From Anaeramoeba ignava BMAN (lineage: Eukaryota > Protista > Anaeramoebae), in NCBI GenBank assembly GCA_028826165.1, contig JAPDFW010000058.1, positions 62,001 to 126,000 of the forward strand: a stretch of 64,000 bases of DNA, given 5' to 3'. Below, piece by piece: positions 24,099 to 35,766 of this stretch. The notes beneath the pieces are model-generated. The model did not search any database. It saw only the letters and a program-made list of their open reading frames with translations, and was not told the origin of the DNA. The translations under genes were made by a program, and so were the position numbers. How positions within the stretch are numbered: position 1 is the first letter of the stretch; each line of letters begins with the position of its first letter.

Positions 24099-24282
24099 AA
24101 TTAAAATTAAAATTAAAATTAAAATTAAAATTAAAATCAAAATTAAAATTAAAATTAAAATTAAAATTAAAATTAAAATTAAAATTAAAATTAAAATTAA
24201 AATTAAAATCAAAATTCCAAAAAAATTTCATTCATTTTCTCATTTTTTTCTTTTCAAAAAAATTTAAAAAAAAAAAAAGAGA

Positions 24283-26403
24283 ATGAACGAAATTTTATTT
24301 TGTGGTCAAAATCAATATCCAAAACTTATCAAAAATAAACCAGATAAATTATCAAAACGAACTCAATTTAAATTTGAAAATCAAAATCAAAACAGAAATC
24401 AAATTAAACAAATTTCATCTGGTTTATTTTCAACAATTTTCCTTTTTGAAAATGGAAAAGCAATTGAACATTTGCAAAATACACATCAAAATCCTCATAA
24501 AATCCCAATTGAAAATATTCAAAAAGTATCTGTTGGTTATCATAATAAAGCTATTTTAACATTAGAAGGAAATGTATTTGCTAAAGGAAAACATTTCAAT
24601 CCAAATGAATTTATCAATATTTCATCATTAATTGAAGATAAAAATGATAGAGTAATTGAAGATATTATTTGTACTTTTAAATCAATTTATTTATTAACCT
24701 CAAATCAAAATGCTTATGGAACTGGTGCAAATAAAGATGCTCAACTTGGAATTAGTCCTAAAACACTTAGAAAAACACAAAAACCAATTTTAATGATGAA
24801 AAATGTTTCTAAAATATTTTCAGGAAATAATTCATATCATGTTTTTCTTTTAAATTTAAATCAAGAACTATTTGGATGTGGAGATAATGATAATAGTCAA
24901 GTTGGATTAGGAGAATCAACAAAAGAAAAATGGAAAATCAAAAAATTAACCAAAATCCAAAATATTCCAAAAGGCAAAATAATTGATATTCAATGTGGAG
25001 CTTCTCATTCAATAATGTTGATTGAAAATCAAAATGAAAATCCAAAAAGAAAACTTTATTCATGTGGAGATTATAGATTCAATGGACTTGGCAAAGATGA
25101 AGAAGATACTTATGAATTTACTGAAATCAAATCATCTTTATTTGAAAATGATGATGATAATATTCTTGGTTTTTCTTGTGGATATGATTTTACTTCAATT
25201 TTAACTTCACATTCAAAAATTATAGCATTTGGAGGTAATGAATTTGGTCAATTCGGAATTAAAGATACAAAAAAATATCAATTAACTCCAATTCAAATTG
25301 AACTTCCCAAATTAAGATTTAATGAAAATATTTTTAATTATCATATTTCTTGTGGATATCAGAATTCATTTGTTTATTATTCTCCTTTTTCTCCTTTTTC
25401 TAATCTTGAAGAAGATTTGATAAAACTATTTAGAAGAAAAGAATTTTGTGATATTTCATTTAAAACCAAAAATGAAGAAATAATTGAAGCTCATAAATTA
25501 ATATTAAAATATAGATTAAATCAAAATGAAAATGAAAATCAAAATCAAATTGAAAAACTTCAAAAAATTATTTCAAAAAAATCAACTAAAGAATCAAATC
25601 AAATATTTGAAATGATTTATTCAAACAAAAAAATAAATCCAAAATTATATTCTGAAATTAAAGAAATTATAAATTTAAATGAAAAAATTGAAGAAACAAT
25701 TAAAAGAATTTATTTAAATGAAAATGAAAATGAAAAAGATTTTATAATTGAAAGAAAAGAAAAACAATATAAATTTCCAAAATTAATATTAGCAATGAGA
25801 AGTGAATTATATCGAGGAATGTTTTTATCTGTAACAGAAGATACTTCTAATAAAGTTACAGATTATAGTGAATTAAGTAATAAATCATTCCAAATATTTG
25901 AATATTGGATTTATTCAAATCAAATTAAAGAAGAAATTGAAATTACACAAGAAATGATTGATGAAATTAAAACTGGAATTGATTATTTTCAATTAAATCA
26001 AACAAATCCAAATTTATTTGATTTATTAATTAATAAATTTAATTATCAAAATCAAGATTTACATGAAATTTCTGATGAAAGTGAAGATTCATTTCAAAAT
26101 GATAATTATAGTGACAATGATAATGATAATGATAGTGATAGTGATAGTGATAGTGATAGTGATCTAGAATACGAATCAATGATTTTTAATTTATTTCTTA
26201 AAGAACTTGAAAATCAATATCGAAATTTCAATCTAATGTCATTTCAAAATTCAAAACCAAAACCAAAACCAAAATCAAAACCAAAATCAAAACCAAAACC
26301 AAAATCAAATCAAAAACCAAAACCAAAACCAAAACCAAAACCAAAACAAAATCCACAACCAAAACCAAAACGAAAACCAAAAAAAAGACCAAGAAAAAAA
26401 TAA
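24283..26403 (+). CDS. RCC1-BTB array copy 3 (intact, 706 aa) with acidic + KP-rich/NLS-like tail
   Basis: Same architecture as copy 1; tail DSDSDSD...KPKPKPK...KRKPKKRPRKK. Confidence 0.9.
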   Translation: MNEILFCGQNQYPKLIKNKPDKLSKRTQFKFENQNQNRNQIKQISSGLFSTIFLFENGKAIEHLQNTHQNPHKIPIENIQKVSVGYHNKAILTLEGNVFAKGKHFNPNEFINISSLIEDKNDRVIEDIICTFKSIYLLTSNQNAYGTGANKDAQLGISPKTLRKTQKPILMMKNVSKIFSGNNSYHVFLLNLNQELFGCGDNDNSQVGLGESTKEKWKIKKLTKIQNIPKGKIIDIQCGASHSIMLIENQNENPKRKLYSCGDYRFNGLGKDEEDTYEFTEIKSSLFENDDDNILGFSCGYDFTSILTSHSKIIAFGGNEFGQFGIKDTKKYQLTPIQIELPKLRFNENIFNYHISCGYQNSFVYYSPFSPFSNLEEDLIKLFRRKEFCDISFKTKNEEIIEAHKLILKYRLNQNENENQNQIEKLQKIISKKSTKESNQIFEMIYSNKKINPKLYSEIKEIINLNEKIEETIKRIYLNENENEKDFIIERKEKQYKFPKLILAMRSELYRGMFLSVTEDTSNKVTDYSELSNKSFQIFEYWIYSNQIKEEIEITQEMIDEIKTGIDYFQLNQTNPNLFDLLINKFNYQNQDLHEISDESEDSFQNDNYSDNDNDNDSDSDSDSDSDLEYESMIFNLFLKELENQYRNFNLMSFQNSKPKPKPKSKPKSKPKPKSNQKPKPKPKPKPKQNPQPKPKRKPKKRPRKK

Positions 26404-26538
26404 TGGAAATTCAAGTACAAATTCAAATTCACAATCAAATCAAAATTCAAAAACAAAACCAAAATTTTTTCTTTTCAGTTTTTTTTTTCATTTTTTTCTT
26501 TTTCAAAAAATTAATAAAAGAAAAATAAAAAAAAGAGA

Positions 26539-28317
26539 ATGAATGATTGTTTATTTTTTGGTTCGAATCAATTCCCAAAACTTTTCAAAAATAAACCAGA
26601 AAAAATAACAAAACCAATTCAATTTAAATTTGAAAATGAAAATGAAAATGAAAATGAAAAACAAATTAAACAAATTTCATCAGGTTTATTTTCAACAATT
26701 TTCCTTTTTGAAAATGGAAAAGCAATAGAATATTTAAATGAAAATGATTCAAATCAAAATCCTCAAAAAATCCCAATTGAAAATATTCAAAAAGTATCTG
26801 TTGGTTATGATAATGAAGCTATTTTAACAAAAGAAGGAAATGTATTTGCAAAAGGAAAAAATATTAATTCAAAAAATCCAAAAGAATTTATCAATATTTC
26901 ATCATTAATTGAAGATACAAATGATAGAATAATTCAAGATGTTGTTTCTGGAAATCGCTCAATTTACTTATTAACTTCAAATCACAATGCTTATGGAATT
27001 GGTTCAAATGATTATTGTCAACTTGGTTTCGATTCTGAAACACTTAAAGAAACAGAAAAACCAATTTTAATGATGAAAAATGTTTCTATAATATTTTCAG
27101 GAAACAATTCATATCATGTTTTTATTTTAAATTTAAATCAAGAATTATTTGGATGTGGTGATAATCAATTTGTTCAACTTGGATTAGGAAAATCAAGAAA
27201 AGAAGCAAAAATCTATAAATTAACTCAAAATCCAAAATATTCCAAAAGGTGAAATAATTGATATTCAATTTGGACGTGCTTTTTCAATAATGTTGATTGA
27301 AGATGAAGCTGAAAATCCAAATCCAAAAAGAAAACTTTATTCATGTGGTGATTATCGATTAAATGGACTTGGCAAGAATCAAAGAATTTGTGAATTTACT
27401 GAAATCAAATCACCTTTATTTGAAAATGATGATTATATTCTTGATTTTTCTGTTGGAAATGCGCATACTTTGATTTTAACTTCTAATTCAAAATTAATTG
27501 GATTTGGTTTTAATTTCTTTAGTCAATTAGGAACTGGAGATACAAATTATCGATCAATTCCAATTCAAATTGAACTTCCTAAATTAAGATTTAATGAAGA
27601 TATTTCTAATTATCATATTCTTTGTGGAAATAACAAATCGTTTCTTTATTATTCTCCTCTTTCTTCCAATCTTGAAGAAGATTTGATAAAATTATTTAGA
27701 AGAAAAGAATTTTGTGATATTTCATTTAAAACCAAAAATGGAGAAATAATTGAAGCTCATAAATTAATATTGAAATATAGATTAAATCAAAATCAAAATC
27801 AAATTGAAAACTTAAAGAAATTATTTCAAATAAATCAATTAAAGAATCAAATCAAATATTTGAAATGATTTATTCAAACAATTCCAAAATAAATCCAAAA
27901 TTATATTCAGAAATCAAAGAAATTATAAATTCAAATGAAAGAATAGAAGAAACAATGAAAAGAATTTATTTAAATGAAAATGAAAATGAAAATGAAAAAG
28001 ATTTTATAATTGAAAGAAAAGAAAAACAATATAAATTTCCAAAATTAATATTAATAATGAGAAGTGAATTATATCGAGGAATGTTTTTATCTGTAACAGA
28101 AGATAAATCTAATAAAGTTACAGATTATAGTGAATTAAGTAATAAATCATTTCAAATATTTGAATATTGGATTTATTCAAATCAAATTAAAGATGAAATT
28201 CAAATTACACAAGAAATAATTGAAGAATTAGAAACTGGAATTGATTATTTTCAATTAAATCAAACAAATCCAAATTTATTTGATTTATTAATTAACAAAT
28301 TTAATAATCAAAATTAA
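26539..28317 (+). CDS. RCC1-BTB array copy 4; two frameshifts (about 27227 and 27808), either assembly error or pseudogene
   Basis: Three ORF pieces are colinear with the intact copies; both indels are in A runs. Confidence 0.8.
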
Positions 28318-28451
28318 AATTCATTTATAAAATTGAAATTAAAATTAAAATTAAAATTAAAATTAAAATTAAAATTAAAATTAAAATCAAAATTAAAATT
28401 AAAAAGCAAAAATAATTTTTTTCATTTTTTTCATTTTTTTTCTTTTCAAAA

Positions 28452-30210
28452 ATGAATGATTGTTTATTTTTTGGTTCAAATCAAAAACCAAATGAACTCA
28501 TCAAAAATGACGAAGATAGAATAACAAAACCAATTCAATTTAAATTTAAATTTAAATTTGAAAATGAAAATGAAAAACAAATTAAACAAATTTCATCATC
28601 AAATTTTTCAACAATTTTCCTTTTTAAAAATGGAAAAGCAATAGAATATTTACTGGAATATTTCAGAGTTTCAAAAAAAAATCCTGTAGAAATCCCAATT
28701 GAAAATATTCAAAAAGTAGTTGCTGGTGGTCTAAATGAAGCTATTTTAACTGCAGAAGGAAATTTATTTGGCAAAGGAAAAGATATGAATCCAAAAAATC
28801 CAAAAGAATTTATCAATATTTCATCATTAATTGAAGATCCAAATGATAAAATAATTGAAGATATTGCTCCTGGATGGGATTCTTTTTATTTATTAACTTC
28901 AAATCAAATGTTTATGGAATTGGTACAAATCAATATTGTCAACTTGGCTTAGATTTTAAAACATTTAAAAAAACACAAAAACCAATTTTAATGATGAAAA
29001 ATGTTTCTAAAATATTTTCAGGAACTGATTCAAGACATGTTTTTCTTTTAAATTCAAATCAAGAATTATTTGGATGTGGAGATAATTCACGTGGTCAACT
29101 TGGATTAGGAAAATCAAGAAAAGAAACAAAAATCCAAAAATTAACCAAAATCCAAAATATTCCAAAAGACAAAATAATTGATATTCAATGTGGAAATGAA
29201 CATTCAATAATGTTGATTGAAGATGAAAATGAAACAAGAAAGCTTTATTCATGTGGAGACCATCGTCATAATGGACTTGGCAAGAATCAAAGAACTTGTG
29301 AATTTACTGAAATCAAATCATCTTTATTTGAAAATGATTATATTCTTGATTTTTCTGTTGGATTTAATCATACTTTGATATTAACAAGAAAAGGGAAATT
29401 AATTGGATTTGGTTTAAATTTTTGGTGTCAATTAGGAACTGGAACTATAACTGATGAAAAAATTCCAATTCAAATTGAACTTCCTAAATTAAGATTTAAA
29501 GAAGATATTTCCAATTATCATGTTCTTTGTAGAAGTGATAAATCATTTCTTTATTATTCTCCTCCTTCTTTTTCCAATCTTGAAGAAGATTTGATAAAAT
29601 TATTCCAAAGAAAAGAATTTTGTAATATTTCATTTAAAACCAAAAATGGAGAAATAATTGAAGCTCATAAATTAATATTGAAATATAGATTAAAAGATGA
29701 AAATCAAATTAAAAAACTTCGAAAAATTATTTCAAAAAAATCAATTAAAGAATCAAATCAAATATTTGAAATGATTTATTCAAATAATTCCAAAGTAAAT
29801 CCAAAATTATATTCTGAAATTAAAGAAATTATAAATTCAAATGAAAAAATTGAAGAAACAATGAAAAGAATTTATTTAAATGAAAATGAAAATGATTTTA
29901 TAATTGAAAGAAAAGAAAAAAAATATAAATTTCCAAAATTAATATTAATAATGAGAAGTGAATTATATCGAGGAATGTTTTTATCTGTAACAAATGATAC
30001 TTCTAATAAAGTCAAAGATTATAGTGAATTAAGTAATAAATCATTCAAATATTTGAATATTGGATTTATTCAAATCAAATTAAAGAAGATATTGAAATTA
30101 CAAAAGAAATGATTGATGAAATTAAAATTGGAATTGATTATTTTCAATTAAATCAAACAAATCCAAATTTATTTGATTTATTAATTAAGAAATTTAATAA
30201 TCAAAATTAA
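28452..30210 (+). CDS. RCC1-BTB array copy 5; two frameshifts (about 28905 and 30045)
   Basis: Colinear with the paralogues; ends LLIKKFNNQN* in the restored frame. Confidence 0.8.
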
Positions 30211-31472
30211 AATTAAAATTAAAATTAAAATTAAAATCAAAATTAAAATCAAAATTAAAAAAATTAAAATTTAAAAATTAAAATCAAAATTAAAATTAAA
30301 ATCAAAATTAAAATTAAAATTAAAATTAAAATTAAAATTAAAATTAAAATTAAAATTAAAATCTAAAATTAAAATTAAAATTAAAATTAAAATTAAAATT
30401 AAAATCAAAATTAAAATTAAAATTAAAATTAAAATCAAAATTAAAAATCAAAATTAAAATTAAATCAAAAAAATTAAAATTAAAATTAAAATTAAAATTA
30501 AAATTAAAATTAAAATTAAAATTAAAATTAAAATTAAAATTAAAATTAAAATTAAAAATTAAAATCAAAATTAAAATTAAAATTAAAATCAAAATTAAAA
30601 TCAAAAATTAAAATTAAAATTAAAATTAAAATTAAAATTAAAATTAAAATTAAAATTAAAATTAAAATTAAAATTAAAATCAAAATTAAAATTAAAATTA
30701 AAAATCAAAATTAAAATTAAAATTAAAATTAAAATTAAAATTAAAATTAAAATTAAAATTAAAATTAAAATTAAAATTAAAATTAAAATTAAAATTAAAA
30801 TTAAAATTAAAATTAAAATTAAAATTAAAATTAAAATTAAAATTAAAATTAAAATTAAAATTAAAATTAAAATCAAAATTAAAATTAAAATCAAAAATTA
30901 AAATTAAAATCAAAAATTAAAATTAAAATCAAAATTAAAATTAAAATTAAAAATTAAAATTAAAATTAAAATTAAAAATTAAAATTAAAATTAAAATTAA
31001 AATTAAAATTAAAATTAAAATTAAAATTAAAATTAAAAATTAAAATTAAAATTAAAATTAAAATTAAAATTAAAATTAAAAATTAAAATTAAAATTAAAA
31101 TTAAAATTAAAATCAAAATTAAAATTAAAATTAAAATTAAAATTAAAATTAAAATTAAAATTAAAATTAAAATTAAAATTAAAATTAAAATTAAAATTAA
31201 AATTAAAATTAAAATTAAAATTAAAATTAAAATTAAAATTAAAATTAAAATTAAAATTAAAAATTAAAATCAAAATTAAAATTAAAATTAAAATTAAAAT
31301 TAAAATTAAAATTAAAATTAAAATTAAAATTAAAATTAAAATTAAAATTAAAATTAAAATTAAAATTAAAATTAAAATTAAAATTCAAAATTAAAATTAA
31401 AATTAAAATCAAAAATTAAAATTAAAATCAAAATTAAAATTAAAATCAAAATTAAAATCAAAATAAAAATTA
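30211..31472. repeat. (AAAATT)n intergenic spacer between array copies 5 and 6
   Basis: About 1.26 kb of near-pure hexamer. Confidence 0.95.
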
Positions 31473-31504
31473 AAAATATTTTTTTCATTTTTTCTTTTTC
31501 AAAA

Positions 31505-33371
31505 ATGAATGAAATTTTATTTTGTGGTTCAAATAAATATCCAAAACTTATCAAAAATAAACCAGAGAGATTATCAAAACGAACTCGATTTAAATTTGAA
31601 AATGAAAATGAAAACAGAAGCCAAATTAAACAAATTTCATCAGGAGGTTATGTTTCAACAATTTTCCTTTTTGAAAACGGAAAAGCAATAGAATATTCAC
31701 AAGATTCATATCAAAATCCTCAAAAAATCCCAATTGAAAATATTCAAAAAGTATCTGTTGGCTATCGTGACAAAGCTATTTTAACTGCAGATGGGATTGT
31801 ATTTGCTAAAGGAAAACATTCCGATCCAAAAGAATTTATAAATATTTCATCATTAATTGAAGATAAAAATGATAGAGTAATTGAAGATATTATTTGTTCT
31901 TTTAGTTCAATTTACTTATTAACTTCAAATCAAAATGCTTATGGAATTGGTTCAAATAGAGATGGTCAACTTGGTTTTGATTCTGAAAAACTTAGAAAAA
32001 CACAAAAACCAATTTTAATGATGAAAAATGTTTCTAAAATATTTTCAGGAAATTCTTCTTATTATGTTTTTCTTTTAAATTCAAATCAAGAATTATTTGT
32101 ATGCGGATATAATGATTCTGGTCAAGTTGGATTAGGAAAATCAACAAAAGAAACAAAAATCCAAAAATTAACCCAAATCCAAAATATTCCAAAAGGCAAA
32201 ATAATTGATATTAAATGTGGAGCTTCTCATTCACTAATGTTGGTTCGAAAATCAAAATGAAAATCCAAAAAGAAAACTTTATTCATGTGGTCATTATTTA
32301 TTTACTGGACATGGCAAAGAAGATGAAGATACTTATGAATTTACTGAAATCAAATCATCTTTATTTGAAAATGATAATATTCTTGATTTTTCTTGTGGAT
32401 ATGATTTTACTTCAATTTTAACTTCCAAACCAAAAATTATAGCATTTGGAGGTAATGAGCATGGTCAATTCGGAGTTAGAAATACAACAAGATATCAATT
32501 AACTCCAATTCAAATTGAACTTCCTAAATTAAGATTTAATCGAAATATTTCCAATTATCATCTTTCTTGTGGATATCAGAATTCATTTGTTTATTATTCT
32601 CCTTTTTCTCCTTTTTCCAATCTTGAAGAAGATTTGATAAAACTATTTAGAAGAAAAGAATTTTGTGATATTTCATTTAAAACCAAAAATGAAGAAATAA
32701 TTGAAGCTCATAAATTAATATTGAAATATAGATTAAAAGATCAAAATCAAATTGAAAAACTTAAAGAAATTATTTCAAAAAAATCAATTAAAGAATCAAA
32801 TCAAATATTTGAAATGATTTATTCAAACAAACAAATAAATCCAAAATTATATTCCGAAATTAAAGAAATTATAAATTCAAATGAAAAAATTGAAGAAACA
32901 ATTAAAAGAATTTATTTAAATGAAAATGAAAATGAAAATGATTTTATAATTGAAAGAAAAGAAAAACAATATAAATTTCCAAAATTAATATTAATAATGA
33001 GAAGTGAATTATATCGAGGAATGTTTTTATCTGTAACAAATGATACTTCTAATAAAGTTACAGATTATAGTGAATTAAGTAATAAATCATTTCAAATATT
33101 TGAATATTGGATTTATTCAAATCAAATTAAAAATGAAATTGAAATTACACAAGAAATTATTGATGAAATTCAAATTGGAATTGATTATTTTCAATTAAAT
33201 CAAACAAATCCAAATTTATTTGATTTATTAATTAAGAAATTTAATTATCAAGAAAACAAAAAGGAAATACAAAAATTAAAATCAAAAATTTTGTTAAAAC
33301 AACTTAAGAAAAATAATCCAAATTTCTTAAATTTATTACTTAATCAATTTATTAATCAAAATCAAAATTAA
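31505..33371 (+). CDS. RCC1-BTB array copy 6; one 1-nt insertion (C at about 32246)
   Basis: ttggttCgaaaatcaa versus ttggttgaaaatcaa in copy 2. The rest is colinear, and the tail is nearly identical to copy 1. Confidence 0.8.
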
Positions 33372-33677
33372 AATTAAAATAATTAAAATTAAAATTAAAA
33401 TTAAAATTAAAATTAAAATTAAATTAGAAATCAGAAAATAAAATTAAAATTAAAATTAAAATCAAAATTAAAATAAAAATTAAAATTAAAATCAAAATCA
33501 AAAATTAAAATTAAAATTAAAATTAAAATTCAAAATTAAAATCAAAATTAAAATCAAAATTAAAATCAAATTAAAATCAAAATTAAAATTAAAATCAAAA
33601 TTAAAATTAAAATTAAAATTAAAATTAAAATCAAAATTTAGATTTTTTTCATTTTTTTCATTTTTTTCTTTTCAAAA

Positions 33678-35477
33678 ATGAATGATTGTTTATTTTGGGG
33701 TGAAAATGAATATCCAAAACTTATCAAAAAACAACCATTTCTAATAACAAAACCAATTCAATTTAAATTTGAAAATGAAAATGAAAATGAAAATGAAAAA
33801 CAAATTAAACAAATTTCAACAGGAGATAATTCAACAATTTTCCTTTTTAAAAATGGAAAAGCAATAGAATACTTAAATGAAAATGATTCAAATCAAAATC
33901 CTTCAAAAATCCAAATTGAAAATATTCAAAAAGTAACTGTTGGTTTTCGAAATGAAGCTATTTTAACAATAGAAGGAAATGTATTTGCCAAAGGAAGAGA
34001 TATTAATTCAAATAACCCAAATGAATTTATCAATATTTCATCATTAATTGAAGATACAAATGATAGAATAATTCAAGATATTGTTTCTGGAAATCGCTCA
34101 ATTTACTTATTAACTTCAAATCAAAATGCTTATGGAATTGGTTCAAATCAATTTTGTCAAGTTGGTTTTGATTCTAAAATACTTCCAAAAACAGAAAAAC
34201 CAATTTTAATGATGAAAAATGTTTCTAAAATATTTTCAGGAATTTCTTCACTTCATGTTTTTATTTTAAATTCAAATCAAGAATTATTTGTATGTGGAAA
34301 TAATGAATATGATCAACTTGGATTAGGAGAATCAAGAAAATATGAACAAATCAAAAATTAACCAAAATCCAAAATATTCCAAAAGGCAAAATAATTGATA
34401 TTAAATGCGGAAGCATTCATTCAATAATGTTGATTGAAGATCAAAATGAATATGAAAACGAATATGAAGATGAAAATCCAAAAAGAAAACTTTATTCATG
34501 TGGAGATTATGAAACTAATGGACTTGGAAAATATGGAAATACTTATGAATTTACTGAAATCAAATCATCTTTATTTGAAAATGATGATAATATTATTGAT
34601 TTTTCTGTTGGATATAAACATACTTTGATTTTAACTTCCAAAGGGAAATTGATAGTATTTGGAAGAAATCATTTTGGTCAATTAGGAACTGGAGATACAA
34701 AAGATCATAGAGTGCCAATTCAAATTGAACTTCCTAAATTAAGATTTAATGAAGATATTTCTAATTATCATATTTCTTGTGGAAATTATAGTTCATTTCT
34801 TTATTATTCTCCTTGTTCTTTTTCTAATCTTGAAGAAGATTTGATAAAATTATTTGAAAGAAAAGAATTTTGTGATATTTCATTTAAAACCAAAAATGAA
34901 GAAATAATTGAAGCTCATAAATTAATATTAAAATATAGATTAAATCAAAATGAAAATCAAATTAATCAACTTGAAGAAATTCTTTTACAAAAATCAATTA
35001 AAGAATCAAATCAAATATTTGAAATGATTTATTCAAATAATTCCAAAGTAAATCCAAAATTATATTCTGAAATTAAAGAAATTATAAACTCAAATGAAAA
35101 AATTGAAGAAACAATGAAAAGAATTTATTTAAATGAAAATGAAAATGAAAATGAAAAAGATTTTATAATTGAAAGAAAAGAAAAACAATATAAATTTCCT
35201 AAATCAATATTGATAATGAGAAGTGAATTATATCGAGGAATGTTTTTATCTGTAACAGAAGATAAATCTAATAAAGTTACAGATTATAGTGAACTAAGTA
35301 ATAAATCATTTCAAATATTTGAATATTGGATTTATTCAAATCAAATTAAAAGATGAAATTCAAATTACACAAGAAATTATTAATGAAATTGAAATTGGAA
35401 TTGATTATTTTCAATTAAATCAAACAAATCCAAATTTATTTGATTTATTAATTAACAAATTTAATAATCAAAATTAA
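33678..35477 (+). CDS. RCC1-BTB array copy 7; two frameshifts (about 34353 and 35350)
   Basis: Colinear with the paralogues; ends LLINKFNNQN*. Confidence 0.8.
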
Positions 35478-35766
35478 AATTAAAATCTAAAAAAATAATT
35501 GATTGAAAAATTGGGGAATTTAGTTAAAAAAAAATCCCCAATTAAAATAAAATAATTAAAATAAAATTAAAATTATAATAAATAAGTTTTTTTTATTGAT
35601 TTTGCTTTTTTTGAATTTTTTTTTAAATAAACAAGAAAAAAAAAATTTTAATTTAAATTTTTAATTGATCTTTTTTATTTTTCATTTTTTTCCTTTTCCT
35701 TTTTTCTTTATAAACCCTTAATTAATTAATTAATTAATAAATTAATAAAAGAAATTCTAATTTAAA

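Noticed and set aside
30211-31472. (AAAATT)n as interstitial telomeric repeat or transposon
   Set aside because: There is no G-rich strand, terminal repeat or target-site duplication, and it occurs throughout introns and spacers as a simple microsatellite.
18631-35477. Diversity-generating retroelement as the source of array variability
   Set aside because: No reverse transcriptase and no template/variable repeat pair; changes are not confined to adenines and are spread over the whole propeller.
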